64,000 bases of DNA from an uncultured Nitrospiraceae bacterium (GCA_963811165.1 CAWEQH010000010.1:544001-608000), one strand, 5' to 3'. Shown: positions 9,597-20,403, numbered from the stretch's first letter. Program-made: numbers and translations. The notes: generated from the sequence alone by a model not told the origin.

Positions 9597-11525
9597 TTAA
9601 CCCGACGATTGCCGGATAGACTCCAGGGTCTCCCATCGCTCGTATGCTGCAGCGATCTCTTTTTCGATTTCTCCGACTCGTGCCTTGGCCTCCGGGACCC
9701 TGCTTCCGTCCTGCCGGTAGAAGTCCGGATCCGCAAGGCTTTCGTAAAGCCTCTCGCGCTCGGCTTCCAGGGATTCGATAAGAGCAGGCAGTATTTCCAC
9801 CTCTTTTTTCTCCTTGAATGTCAGGATACGCGGACGTTCACGCAGCGGTCCCGACTTTTCCGACTTCGCGGACTTTGCCGGCTTCCTTACCTTTTCCGCT
9901 TTCACCGGGACCAATCGGCTCCGCTGCATCAGCCAGTCGTCATACCCCCCCACATATTCAACGATTTTTCCCTCACCTTCAAACACGATTGTGCCCGTGA
10001 CAACATTATTGAGGAATTCCCGGTCGTGACTCACAAGGAGGACAGTGCCCTCATAGTCCATCAGCATCTCCTCAAGGAGTTCCAGTGTATCGGCATCGAG
10101 GTCGTTTGTAGGCTCGTCCATCACCAGCATATTTGACGGCTTTGTAAAGAGCTTTGCCAGAAGCGCCCTGTTTCTTTCACCGCCTGAGAGGACCTTTACC
10201 GGCAGGCGGGCGCGTTCCGAGGAAAAAAGGAAATCTTCGAGATAACCGATTATATGCCTTGTCCTGCCGTTGACTGTCACACTCTCATGTCCCTCGCCCA
10301 CATTGCAGACCACCGATTTGTCGTCATCGAGCTGTGCGCGATGCTGGTCGAAATAGGCGATTTCGAGACGGGTCCCCATGCGCACCGATCCTCTGTCGGG
10401 CTCGATAAGACCGAGCAGGATATTGAGCAGTGTGGTCTTGCCGGAACCGTTTGCGCCGATGATGCCGATCTTGTCTCCGCGCATGATGACCGTGGAGAAA
10501 TCACGGACCAAATGACGGCCCTCGTAGGCGCATCCTATCCCCTTTGCCTCCAGCACCAGCCTGCCCGACCTCTCGGCCTCATTCATCCTCATCGTGGCGG
10601 ACCCTGCCTGTTCACGCCGCGCAAGACGTTCTCTCCTCAGTTCCTTCAGCGCTCTTACCCTTCCTTCGTTACGACTGCGCCTGGCCTTGATCCCCTGCCG
10701 GATCCACACCTCCTCCTGGGCGAGCTTTTTGTCAAAGAGAGCATTATGCGTGACCTCGGCATCGAGTTCGGCTTCTCTTTTCTTCAGGTACGTCTTATAA
10801 TCCCCCGGCCAGTCGCTCACACGGCCGCGGTCGAGCTCGACAATGCGTGTTGCCAGGGTCTGGAGAAATCTGCGGTCATGAGTGATAAAGAGTATTGCCC
10901 CGGAGAATTCGAGGAGAAATTCTTCAAGCCAACCTATCGATTCAATGTCCAGATGGTTCGTCGGTTCATCGAGGAGCAAGAGGTCCGGTTCGTTCACAAG
11001 CGCCCGCGCAAGCAGGACCCTCCTTTTGTAACCGCCGGAGAGTTCCGCCGCAGGTGCGTCGGCTTCCAGTTTGAGCCTGGAAAGGACCGTCTCAACCCGC
11101 TGTTGTACCTGCCAGCCGCCTGAGGACTCGATCAAATGCTGAATCCGTTCAAGCTCGCCGATTGCGGCAGTGTCGTCTCCGCGGCCCAGCCGGCTGCTCA
11201 CTGAATGGTATTTTGAAAGTAGTTCAACCATGCCGGCAAGCCCGCCCGACACAACCTCGAAGACGGTTCCCGCAAGGTCCCGGGGGACCTCCTGTTCAAG
11301 AGAGGCGATCCTCACCCCACGCTCAATAATGACTTCTCCGGTATCGGGGAAGATTTCGCCGGCCACGATCTTTAAAAGGGTGGACTTCCCGACGCCGTTT
11401 CTTCCGACCAGACAAACCCTCTCCCCCCGCTCTATCTGCAGGTTCACTCCATCGAGCAGATCCGGCCCGCCAAACGCAAGCCTCACCGCCTGTAAGCTCA
11501 GCAATGCCACATCTCGCCTCGACAT
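9597..11525 (-). CDS. uup: ABC-F family ATPase Uup
   Basis: Two ABC domains (GRNGVGKST, GANGSGKTT), WIRQGIKARRSRNEGR linker, C-terminal coiled-coil LTFKEKKE..YERWETLE. Confidence 0.9.
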   Translation of the reverse strand: MSRRDVALLSLQAVRLAFGGPDLLDGVNLQIERGERVCLVGRNGVGKSTLLKIVAGEIFPDTGEVIIERGVRIASLEQEVPRDLAGTVFEVVSGGLAGMVELLSKYHSVSSRLGRGDDTAAIGELERIQHLIESSGGWQVQQRVETVLSRLKLEADAPAAELSGGYKRRVLLARALVNEPDLLLLDEPTNHLDIESIGWLEEFLLEFSGAILFITHDRRFLQTLATRIVELDRGRVSDWPGDYKTYLKKREAELDAEVTHNALFDKKLAQEEVWIRQGIKARRSRNEGRVRALKELRRERLARREQAGSATMRMNEAERSGRLVLEAKGIGCAYEGRHLVRDFSTVIMRGDKIGIIGANGSGKTTLLNILLGLIEPDRGSVRMGTRLEIAYFDQHRAQLDDDKSVVCNVGEGHESVTVNGRTRHIIGYLEDFLFSSERARLPVKVLSGGERNRALLAKLFTKPSNMLVMDEPTNDLDADTLELLEEMLMDYEGTVLLVSHDREFLNNVVTGTIVFEGEGKIVEYVGGYDDWLMQRSRLVPVKAEKVRKPAKSAKSEKSGPLRERPRILTFKEKKEVEILPALIESLEAERERLYESLADPDFYRQDGSRVPEAKARVGEIEKEIAAAYERWETLESIRQSSG

Positions 11526-11662
11526 ATCTTTTTCACTATTGTGCGCCTATGAATTATTGCACTTCTCTTTGCCTGTAATGACGGGATGCGTACCGTAGTG
11601 GACACAGTTTCCTGTCCATCACTCTTCCTCATTGTGTCACCCGGGACTTCCCGAATTTCGGC

Positions 11663-12316
11663 CTATCCAAGTTCTTTGCCCTTTTCACAAAAGACCATGT
11701 TGATCCCAATCATCTCTTCTTTGATCCTTTTATAGTCAATGCCGAAGGAGTTCTCAAGCGCCAATGCGATGCCGGAATATCGGCCGAACACCTCACCTAT
11801 GTTTGAAACCGTATATTGATGCCTGAAGTCCTTACACAGGATATGGGCCCTGTCCGTTTCGATAAAGGGTGTACGCTGAAGCGCCCTTTCAACCTCCATG
11901 GCTATTTCCTTTTTGAGAGCCGGGGTATCTTCACCACTGACGCGCCTCTTGAAAAGTAGTCCGACAGATAAGTTCTCCAGATCGAGACATTCATAGAAAT
12001 TCGCACAGTTGCTACAGCAGTATCTGAGCTCGCCTTTCATCGCCTCAATCAGATACGTCTCGAGCACCTCCCTGAAAACGTCATCCTCCCCCGGACTTGC
12101 CATCGCCAGTAGCTTTTCAACAAACTCCTCGCCGTCTTCAATAACTGCTTTAGGGGTCTCTTCCACTCTTTTTGCGTTTTCCGAACCGATGATACTGTTT
12201 GCAAGCAGAGCGTAATAGCGCAGTTCCACCGGGTAGAGGTCCAGTCTCTTTTTGAATTCCCTTTCATTGAGTTCGCACAAGACTGCATATGTAGAATATG
12301 TTTTTTTATCTTCCAT
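11663..12316 (-). CDS. Hypothetical protein with a Cys cluster
   Basis: 217-aa ORF with YCCSNCANFYEC. Confidence 0.6.
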   Translation of the reverse strand: MEDKKTYSTYAVLCELNEREFKKRLDLYPVELRYYALLANSIIGSENAKRVEETPKAVIEDGEEFVEKLLAMASPGEDDVFREVLETYLIEAMKGELRYCCSNCANFYECLDLENLSVGLLFKRRVSGEDTPALKKEIAMEVERALQRTPFIETDRAHILCKDFRHQYTVSNIGEVFGRYSGIALALENSFGIDYKRIKEEMIGINMVFCEKGKELG

Positions 12317-12531
12317 TTCTGTCCTTTTTGTCAGTTGCCGGATTACGGTGACGGTCTTTAATTATAACCGCTGAGACAGGGTTTAATCATACGTCTTGCC
12401 GGACAGACCGGACCTAAATCCTTAATTATAATTATTTCTTAACTTAATTTAATTAGGCTTTTCCAAGCACTTATGGCAAAATGAGGTCAACCTAAATATG
12501 CAGCCAAATATTTTCGCCAGGGGAGGCAAGA

Positions 12532-13410
12532 ATGAAAGCGGCAAGGCTTCTAGTAGTGAATAAATATCTCACATTTTCAGTTTTCTTACTCACTTTTATG
12601 TCACTCACCATAGCCCAATTCTCCCACGCCGCCGATGATATCGTCGACAAAAATCACGTCTCCTGTGTGTCCTGTCATAGAGTACCGGCCTCGGGCATTT
12701 CTGATGCTAATCTTTTCCCTGAGGGGTTAGATCCCTCATCGATATGTCTTGACTGCCATCATTACAGCGATAACCATCATCCCGTAAACTTTACGCCCGG
12801 AAAGGTCTTCAACAATTCCCGGGGGGAGAACTTCCCTCTTTTTGACGGAGAGGTCAGATGCCTGACGTGTCATCAGGTTCACGGAGGACGGGGACTTACA
12901 GGGACCCCGAAGCTCCTGCGCGGGGGGCCCTATCAATACAGAACCGAGATCTGTTTCTTCTGCCACGATAAAGATCTCAATACGAAAATAAGTCCGCATC
13001 GCATGATCAATGACCGGGGCGAGACGATTCATGTCAATGGAGAGCCGGTCTGTCTGATGTGTCATGCAGCAGTACCGGACCAGACAACCTATCCGGTACG
13101 GGTGACATTTAAGGCTGATGTGGCTTTTCTTTGCTGGCGATGTCACCCCCCAATGGGCAACGGCGATTTTTTTAAAGGACATTTTCTCGTCAAGCCGAAA
13201 AAAAAGACACTCGACTACATGAGAAAAAAGGAGGAAGAAAATGCGGTAAGTTTTCCACTTCTGAACAGGGACAGGATTACCTGCTCGACATGTCATAATC
13301 CGCATCAAAAGGGGGTCATTTCCTATGGTCCGGCCCAGGCCGGGGCAGACGCCCCTACAAGGCTCCGTATGTCGAGTGGAATCCTCTGTTTCGGATGCCA
13401 TAACATGTAG
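12532..13410 (+). CDS. Periplasmic multiheme cytochrome c (8 CxxCH)
   Basis: Signal peptide; CVSCH, CLDCH, CLTCH, CFFCH, CLMCH, CWRCH, CSTCH, CFGCH. Confidence 0.9.
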   Translation: MKAARLLVVNKYLTFSVFLLTFMSLTIAQFSHAADDIVDKNHVSCVSCHRVPASGISDANLFPEGLDPSSICLDCHHYSDNHHPVNFTPGKVFNNSRGENFPLFDGEVRCLTCHQVHGGRGLTGTPKLLRGGPYQYRTEICFFCHDKDLNTKISPHRMINDRGETIHVNGEPVCLMCHAAVPDQTTYPVRVTFKADVAFLCWRCHPPMGNGDFFKGHFLVKPKKKTLDYMRKKEEENAVSFPLLNRDRITCSTCHNPHQKGVISYGPAQAGADAPTRLRMSSGILCFGCHNM

Positions 13411-13470
13411 GCAAAAAGGGAAGTCATATCAATGGAAGCGTTAATTACCTATCATCAGGAGTGTTCGATT

Positions 13471-13968
13471 ATGAAAAAACTTTCGATCATATCTGCAGCG
13501 TCTTTAATTTTTATCTCCTTCACTTTTGGGGCCGGTACCTTTGCTGCCGAAGATTCCCAAGGATGGACTTCGCTCCGTAAGGATGTCTATATCAACATGA
13601 AGAGCATTGCCTTTACATGCGGCAGTACGGTAAGCCTCTGGGTAAAGATAGTTCCCGAAGAGGATAGTGATGCCGTCTTGGTTGAAGCGAGAGAACAATT
13701 GATGAAAAAAGGAAGGGACGACAAGGCCCTTGCCTACTTGTATTCCGGTTTCCTGACGGAAATAGACTGTTCAAAGAACAGCCACCGGGAATTAATTACG
13801 ATCCTTTACGATGCAAACAAGAACATCATTCACTCGGAGGACCACCCTCAGGCCTCTTGGGTAACCATATCTCCGGGAAGCAGTTTTCACCTCGTGCAGA
13901 AGGCCGTGTGCGAAAAGTCACTACCGATTGCCTCTCATAAATCTGAAGCAAGAGAGGACAGGCTGTGA
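13471..13968 (+). CDS. Exported protein, surface-adhesin E-like family
   Basis: Signal peptide MKKLSII..; YINMKSI..VSLWVK..EIDC..YD..W..ISPGS..AVC pattern. Confidence 0.6.
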   Translation: MKKLSIISAASLIFISFTFGAGTFAAEDSQGWTSLRKDVYINMKSIAFTCGSTVSLWVKIVPEEDSDAVLVEAREQLMKKGRDDKALAYLYSGFLTEIDCSKNSHRELITILYDANKNIIHSEDHPQASWVTISPGSSFHLVQKAVCEKSLPIASHKSEAREDRL

Positions 13969-14095
13969 ACCCGGCGCCCGCACGACACCTTGCAGGCTTA
14001 CGGTTTTGAGAGACATTTCAGGTCGCTAAGATGTTCCTTTTTCTTTTCCGTGAGGTAGAATAATATGAGGTAGAATAGATATAAGGAAGTGTGAC

Positions 14096-14302
14096 ATGAC
14101 GAAACACCAAAGACAATCGCCAAAAAATGTATCTCGGGAAAGGGAAAAAGTCCCTGAAAAAAAGGCTGAAGCAGGCAGTTTGGAAAGCTGCAGATGTAAG
14201 GAAGTGGCAAAGAAGACGCCCCGTGAAATGCTCAGTCTCATGATCGATGACCTGACTTTTTGGAAGAAACAAAAGGACAAGAAATCCGGGAATAGCGGCT
14301 GA
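14096..14302 (+). CDS. Small hypothetical protein
   Basis: 68 aa with purine-rich SD upstream; SCRCKE..MLSLMIDDLTFWKK. Confidence 0.45.
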   Translation: MTKHQRQSPKNVSREREKVPEKKAEAGSLESCRCKEVAKKTPREMLSLMIDDLTFWKKQKDKKSGNSG

Positions 14303-14457
14303 CCCCTGATAGTTGCCGGGGAGCCCGGAGAATGCACAGTGTAGATACCACTTTGTCTTCTCGTTATTCGTCCGTGTCAAGGTTAAGTAGGACCATCCCA
14401 TTTCCTCTATTCGTCCTGCCTTTTTTCTGCAGGTGCTGCCTTACGGTATAATAATGG

Positions 14458-15454
14458 ATGCGTAAGGTCGTATTGATCGCATCGGTGCTTCTTCTATTGT
14501 TTTCTGCAGCGCTTTGCGCGGCATCCGACAAAACCTATTCAAATCCCGTCCTGGTCGACACCTATCACATCAGCCGGCCAGAAACCAGCACGATACATCG
14601 GTACGCTTGGGATAGGCGATCCCGACGTCGTTTTGTACAAAGATAAGTATTATCTCTACCCAACAGGGGACAACCACAGCTACCATGTCTATATATCCGA
14701 CGATCTAGTCCACTGGTCCAGGGGGCCGAAAGTGTTTCAGAGCAAGGAAAACGGTGTATGGGCGCCTAATGTCTTCTTCAACCGCGATGACGATATGTTA
14801 TATCTCTACTACACGGCAAACGGCAAGATTGGCGTTGCTGAAGCCGACCGGCCCGCCGGGGAGTTCAAAGACCTGGGGATTCTGCTCAGCGGTGCGATAG
14901 ATGCGCACATGTTCCGCGACGACGACGGCTCATATTTCCTCTACTATGCCAGGTACCCGAACTTCGGGATATTTGTCCAGCCTATGGCTACCCCTATTCG
15001 GAAGAAGGGGGACCCCATTCAAGTCATCTCCCCTTCCGAGGCATGGGAAATAACAAATGTGCCGGTTACCGAGGCGCCATGGCTACTCAAACACCGGGGC
15101 GTCTATTACCTCCTTTACTCCGGGGGCAGTGCGAATACGGAGCATTACGCCATCGGGTACGCAACGGCACAAAACCCCTTAGGTCCTTTTATCAAGTATC
15201 CCGGTAATCCTATCATTCGAGAGGGAGGCGGCGTCCTCGGGCCTGGGCATGGGAGTGTAACGAGGGATCGGGAGGGGAAACTCTGGCTGGTCTATCACCA
15301 GCAGAGGGATAAGACACCGGGCTGGAACAGGGTAATCTGCATCGACCCCCTCTGGTTCGACGAGAAAGGTGTCCTCCATGGAAAAGCCACACGGGCGACG
15401 CCACGGCCCGCTCCTGTGACGGCGGAGAAAACCGGGGGAGCGGCACGGAAATAG
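14458..15454 (+). pseudogene. Glycoside hydrolase family 43, frameshifted near 14580-14600
   Basis: Signal peptide + TYSNPVL in frame 1; GIGDPDVVLYKDKYYLY, WAP, AIDAHMFRDDDG, TEAPW, GPGH in frame 2. Confidence 0.8.
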
Positions 15455-15841
15455 ATCGGACTCCTCAACTTTTCTCACTTGCTCATGTTTAAAGGTGTAC
15501 TTCCTGGAATTCGCAATAGTTTCCACACTTAATAACTCTTTCTTTCTCCTTACTAACCAGCATATTCGGAGAGTAGCAACGATCTACACCTCCCTTCCCA
15601 CTCCTCGTCTTGAAGAATCTGAAGTTAGTGTCACTTTCTTCCAATAGTCCCCGGCTAAGGTCAGGTTAAGAACCTTGAAGGTTCAGGTTGGATAGCATAA
15701 GCACCCGAAAAATTGTTCTCCTATACTTCACAAACCCGACGGAAAGGAACACACTTCAGGTTCTTTCGGCAATCGTTGCCGTTGCGCAACGTCAAACGCC
15801 TGCTGTTCAACCCCGTTCCGCGTCCTTTATCCCAGCGAGTG

Positions 15842-18800
15842 CTACCGTATGATTATGTTCTCTATCGTCACACATCCTGTGCCGCTTCCAGGTCCGCCGA
15901 TGGTCATCATGCCGATTATCGTCGTCAACGCTGCATTAGAGGAATAAAAGCAGTCGAACCCGCCTTTCAGGGTGACGTTCTTGATCTGGTCAAAGGAAAG
16001 GTCGCCGCTGAACGTCATTGACATCGGCTCTATATAGTTTCCATCAGATGCAGCGTTGTAGGCGTTCTGTATCGTGGCCCTCGGCGACCACGTGGAAGGA
16101 GGAGTTCCAAACCGGACAGGGTAACTTCCGGACCCGCAGTTTGCGGTAATGTAATCGATCTTGGTGATGCTCCCGGGGCCCCCCGGCCCTGTAGCTGTAA
16201 GCTTCACCGAGTATGTGCCGGGGAACAAATACCTATGATTTGGATTCTGTACTGCACTTGTGGTTCCATCACCAAAGTCCCATGACCATGCTGTCGGACT
16301 GTTTGAGGAGATGTCTGCAAAGACCACCCAGCGTGGAGCGAGGCCGCTCCGGTAGGTCCCCGAGAAATCCACGATGGAATTGAACAGGGCGCTGCAGTAC
16401 TTGTCAGCATCCATCGTCACCAGGCCGTTTGTGTCGCAGGCTCCTTCCCACCCGGCAAACTGGGAACCCGGGTCGGCGGTGGCGGTAAGCGTCACCGGAT
16501 CACCGTGAGTGAATAGTCCCTGACACGAGGTGCCGCAGTCGATAACGGATGGAGAGCTTGTCACCCCGCCTGTTCCGCTGCCTTCTCTGAAAACATCAAG
16601 GAGATATTGCGTATACGTCGCGAAACACTGCAGTGCCGGCGTAACTGCCGTATTGCTGGTTATGGCGAAGGAAGATACGTCTGCAACGGAAGTGTTCTGA
16701 GTAGAGAATGACGGCGATGATACGGACGCGTTGGTGCTTTGCGGAGTCGCGTTTGATGTACCTATGGCTGCGCATCCGGTGATGCCCCCTTCCGCATCAA
16801 GTTTCAGCACCCAGACATCGCCGTTCCCTGCGCCAAAGGAGCTGGTATATCCTGCCACGATGTAGCCGCCGTCTGCCGTCTGCTGTATCGACTTGGCCTC
16901 TTCATCGCCGGAGCCGCCGTAGGTCTTCTGCCAGGCAACGGACCCGTCCCCGTTGAGCTTCAGCACCCAGGCATCTTCATTCCCGGCCCCAAAGGAGCTG
17001 GTATAACCCGCTACAATGTAGCCGCCGTCTGCCGTCTGCTGTATCGAGGATACAAAATCCTCGCCCGGGCCGCCATAGGCTTTTTGCCAGAGGACTGAGC
17101 CGGATGCATTGAGCTTCAGCACCCATGCATCTCTGCTCCCCGGGTTGAAGGAGTCGCTATAGCCTGCCGCGATGTATCCCCCATCACCCGTCTGCTGGAT
17201 CGATACAACCGCATCGATCTCCGGGCCGCCGTAGGTCTTCTGCCAAAGGACTGTACCGGACGAATTGAGCTTCAGCAACCACGCATCAGTGTTCCCTGAA
17301 CCGGATGCATCGGCGTAGCCTGCCACAATGTATCCACCGTCGCCAGTCTGCCGGACCGAGGTGGCGTAATCAGTGCCTGGCCCGCCATAGGCCTTCTGCC
17401 AGGCAACCGTGCCGTCTGAGTTGAGCTTCAGCACCCACGCATCCCCATCTGCTCCACCTGCCACAATGTATCCCCCGTCTGCGGTCTGCTGGACCGAGGA
17501 AGCATAATTACTCCCTGAGCCTCCGTAGGTCTTCTGCCAGGCAACCGTGCCGTCTGTATTGAGCTTTAACACCCACACATCGCTTCCGCCTGCGCCGAAG
17601 GAATTGGTCCAGCCTGCCACGATGTAGCCCCCATCCGATGTCTGCTCGATCGCGGTGGCCACATCAGTGCCGGTGCCCCCGTATGTCTTCTGCCAGGCAA
17701 CCGCGCCGTCTGTGTTGAGCTTCAACACCCACGCATCGTTGTTCCCTGCGCCGAAGAAATTCGTAGAGCCTGCAGCGACATACCCCCCATCCGATGTCTG
17801 CTGGACCGCGGCAGCGTACTCAATGCCTGAACCGCCGTAGGTCCTCTGCCATTTCAGGGCATAAGGAAGAGGGAGATGGGGATAGAAGCAACTCTTTGTG
17901 GCGGCAAAGGTGGCGTCTGCCGATGCAGCACTCGAGGCCACAGGCGTTACCGTGGTTGAGAAAACGGTTGCCGTCGTGTCCACAGCCAGCAAAAGGGGAT
18001 TGGCAACGGTAGCCGACGAGACCATTATTTGGGGAATGTTACAAGAACCAAGTATGTTGCCCTCAAGATCGAGCTTCAGCACCCACGCATCCGTGTTGCC
18101 CGAAATGACGGAATCGGTATACCCTGCCACAATGTAGCCCCCGTCTGCTGTCTGCCGGATCGAGGAGGCGTACTCATCATGACCCACGTTACCGTAGGTC
18201 TTCTGCCAGGCAACAGAACCGTCTGCATTGAGTTTCAGCACCCAGGCATCATAGCCTGAGCCTGTGCCAAAAGAATACGTCCGGCCTGCCACGATGTAGC
18301 CGCCGTCTGCTGTCTGCTGGACTGCGAAGGCTTGATCCGCACTCGAGCCGCCGTAGGCCTTCTGCCAGGCAACCGTGCCGTCTGCGTTGAGCTTCAACAC
18401 CAGCGCATCATGACTCCCTGCGCCAAATGAGGAATCGGTATAGCCTGCCACAATATAGCCGCCGTCTGCTGTTTGCTGGACTGCGAAGGCTTGATCAGCA
18501 CTCGAGCCGCCGTAGGTCCTCTCCCATGCAACAGTGCCGTCTGCATTGAGCTTCAGCACCCAGACATCATAGCCCACGCCCGTGTCAGACGAATCGGCAT
18601 AGCCTGCCACGATGTAGCCGCCATCCGTAGTCTGCTGGACCGAGTTGGCCCTATCATACCCTGAGTCGCCGTAGGTCTTTTGCCAGGCAACAGAACCGTC
18701 TGCGTTAAGCTTCAGCACCCAGGCGTCGTCGTTCCCTGCGCCAGAGGAAGCGGTAGAGCCTGCCACGATGTAGCCGCCGTCCGCTGTCTGCTGGATCGAG

Positions 18801-19225
18801 AAGGCGTAATCAGCGCCTGAGCCGCCGTAGGTCTTCTGCCAGGCAACCGTGCCGTCTGCATTGAGCTTCACCACCCAGACGTCATGATTCCCTGCGCCGG
18901 CTGAATCGGTAGAGCCTGCCACGATGTAACCGCCGTCAGCCGTCTGCTGGATCGAGTTGGCCGTGTCGGTGCCTGAGCCGCCATAGGTCTTCTGCCAGGC
19001 AACCGTGCCGTCTTTGTTGAGCTTCACCACCCACGCATCCCAGTCCGGCCCGCCAAAGGAATTGGTATAGCCGGCCACGATGAAGCCGCCGTCTGCAGTC
19101 TGCTGGATCGAATTGGCGTAATCAGCGCCTGAGCCGTTGAGAGGCAGGGCCCATTGGTCGGCACTGGCAATTTTCACCAAAAATAGGATGCCAATTACTA
19201 CTAAGAAAGTCACCTTCTTGTTCAT
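15842..19225 (-). CDS. Large secreted/surface protein: 2x7 beta-propeller repeats, InlB-B-like repeat, PKD domain and C-terminal domain
   Basis: Signal peptide; 14 WQKTYGG..SIQQTADGGYIVAG..DAWVLKL repeats; GSGTGGVTSSP..DCG..VTLTATA..FAGWEGAC; WSWDFGDG..NP.H.Y..PGTYSVKLT. Confidence 0.9.
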   Translation of the reverse strand: MNKKVTFLVVIGILFLVKIASADQWALPLNGSGADYANSIQQTADGGFIVAGYTNSFGGPDWDAWVVKLNKDGTVAWQKTYGGSGTDTANSIQQTADGGYIVAGSTDSAGAGNHDVWVVKLNADGTVAWQKTYGGSGADYAFSIQQTADGGYIVAGSTASSGAGNDDAWVLKLNADGSVAWQKTYGDSGYDRANSVQQTTDGGYIVAGYADSSDTGVGYDVWVLKLNADGTVAWERTYGGSSADQAFAVQQTADGGYIVAGYTDSSFGAGSHDALVLKLNADGTVAWQKAYGGSSADQAFAVQQTADGGYIVAGRTYSFGTGSGYDAWVLKLNADGSVAWQKTYGNVGHDEYASSIRQTADGGYIVAGYTDSVISGNTDAWVLKLDLEGNILGSCNIPQIMVSSATVANPLLLAVDTTATVFSTTVTPVASSAASADATFAATKSCFYPHLPLPYALKWQRTYGGSGIEYAAAVQQTSDGGYVAAGSTNFFGAGNNDAWVLKLNTDGAVAWQKTYGGTGTDVATAIEQTSDGGYIVAGWTNSFGAGGSDVWVLKLNTDGTVAWQKTYGGSGSNYASSVQQTADGGYIVAGGADGDAWVLKLNSDGTVAWQKAYGGPGTDYATSVRQTGDGGYIVAGYADASGSGNTDAWLLKLNSSGTVLWQKTYGGPEIDAVVSIQQTGDGGYIAAGYSDSFNPGSRDAWVLKLNASGSVLWQKAYGGPGEDFVSSIQQTADGGYIVAGYTSSFGAGNEDAWVLKLNGDGSVAWQKTYGGSGDEEAKSIQQTADGGYIVAGYTSSFGAGNGDVWVLKLDAEGGITGCAAIGTSNATPQSTNASVSSPSFSTQNTSVADVSSFAITSNTAVTPALQCFATYTQYLLDVFREGSGTGGVTSSPSVIDCGTSCQGLFTHGDPVTLTATADPGSQFAGWEGACDTNGLVTMDADKYCSALFNSIVDFSGTYRSGLAPRWVVFADISSNSPTAWSWDFGDGTTSAVQNPNHRYLFPGTYSVKLTATGPGGPGSITKIDYITANCGSGSYPVRFGTPPSTWSPRATIQNAYNAASDGNYIEPMSMTFSGDLSFDQIKNVTLKGGFDCFYSSNAALTTIIGMMTIGGPGSGTGCVTIENIIIR

Positions 19226-19809
19226 TGCAGCCCTCCTGTCGGCTTGAGACAGTTAACAGAACCTCCCACCCCTTGCCTCATGAGATGCAGCACGCCCGAT
19301 ACCTAATTCATTATCCCTCTATTGACGATTCAGTGCAATATTAGCAAAAACAGGAGGTACTGCTGCTCCATCCCTCGGCGGACCAGGGCAATGGTAAAAA
19401 AATGACAAAAGGCATCTCAAGGCAACGCAGGGGTTGCGATGTATCGGTCTTCCGTAATGCCCGGGATTGATGAAGTATTCCTTCGGGATTCGACACCTAC
19501 TTCGACGCTTCGCGGCGTCAATCGATCGATGTACGTCTTAGGCGTCTCGGAAACAGTATGTCCTGAAGTCTTCGACTCATGTTGACCGAGCAGAGTCACG
19601 ACTCGTGGCTGAACTTCTCTTCCCTAGGTTTCTTTCGATGTTGTTTTATTTCGACTGTAATCTTGATAGAGTTTCGGTTTATTGAAAGAATCAGTTGGTC
19701 GGCGTACCTCCTCAAAAACTCTTCGCAGTGAAAGGGTATCGGTTATCAGATACTACTGCCGAACTGATATTTCATGCTTATTTACAATTCTGATATTGCT
19801 AAAACTCTG

Positions 19810-20403
19810 TCAGACATCCGACTCCTTGCTCCCGATAAGAAAAGAGTGATAAGGGAGCACGGAATATTTAGCGATCTTTGAAAAACCGGCGCTTCGCATA
19901 TGGGACTCGATCATCTCTTCGGTGACCCTGATTTCAGTGGGCGGACCTTCCGGGGTCCATTCCTTCTTCCAGTCGATGACCATCACCTTGCCCCCTTTTT
20001 TCAAGAGCCTTCGCGATTCCTTCAAAACCCTTTGCGGATCATCAAGCTCATGGTGCAGGTTGATCATATAGACCAGGTCGGCTGTATCGTCGGGGAGAAG
20101 GAGAAAGTTCTCCTCTGTTTTCGTCGGGATTACGACCCCTTTCGATTCTGCGGGCAGGTTCTCATTCATCCAGGAAATCATCGCGTCTGAGATATCACAG
20201 GCGTAGACCCTTCCATTTTTCATTTTCCTGCTGAATATGAGGGCAAACAGACCGGTTCCGGCGCCAACGTCTATCAGGACGGAAGGATCCGGCAGGGCTA
20301 CCTTTTCCCAGATAATGTCCGGATTCAGGTATTCCAGTCTCCTCGGGTCATTTAGCTTGGCAAGTTTCTTCGGATCGAATTTTTTATCGGCGTTCACAAT
20401 CAC
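19810..20403 (-). CDS. Class I SAM-dependent methyltransferase
   Basis: IDVGAGTG motif I, VYACDIS, LHHE, LKKGG..IDW..GPP. Confidence 0.85.
   Translation of the reverse strand: MIVNADKKFDPKKLAKLNDPRRLEYLNPDIIWEKVALPDPSVLIDVGAGTGLFALIFSRKMKNGRVYACDISDAMISWMNENLPAESKGVVIPTKTEENFLLLPDDTADLVYMINLHHELDDPQRVLKESRRLLKKGGKVMVIDWKKEWTPEGPPTEIRVTEEMIESHMRSAGFSKIAKYSVLPYHSFLIGSKESDV

Noticed and set aside
16790..19160. DNA tandem repeats as a CRISPR array or DGR template/variable repeats
   Set aside because: They are in-frame coding repeats of a beta-propeller protein; no reverse transcriptase is present and no adenine-specific pattern is evident
19690..19770. Hammerhead ribozyme
   Set aside because: A three-way-junction shape is possible, but the CUGAnGA and GAAA core is not correctly present
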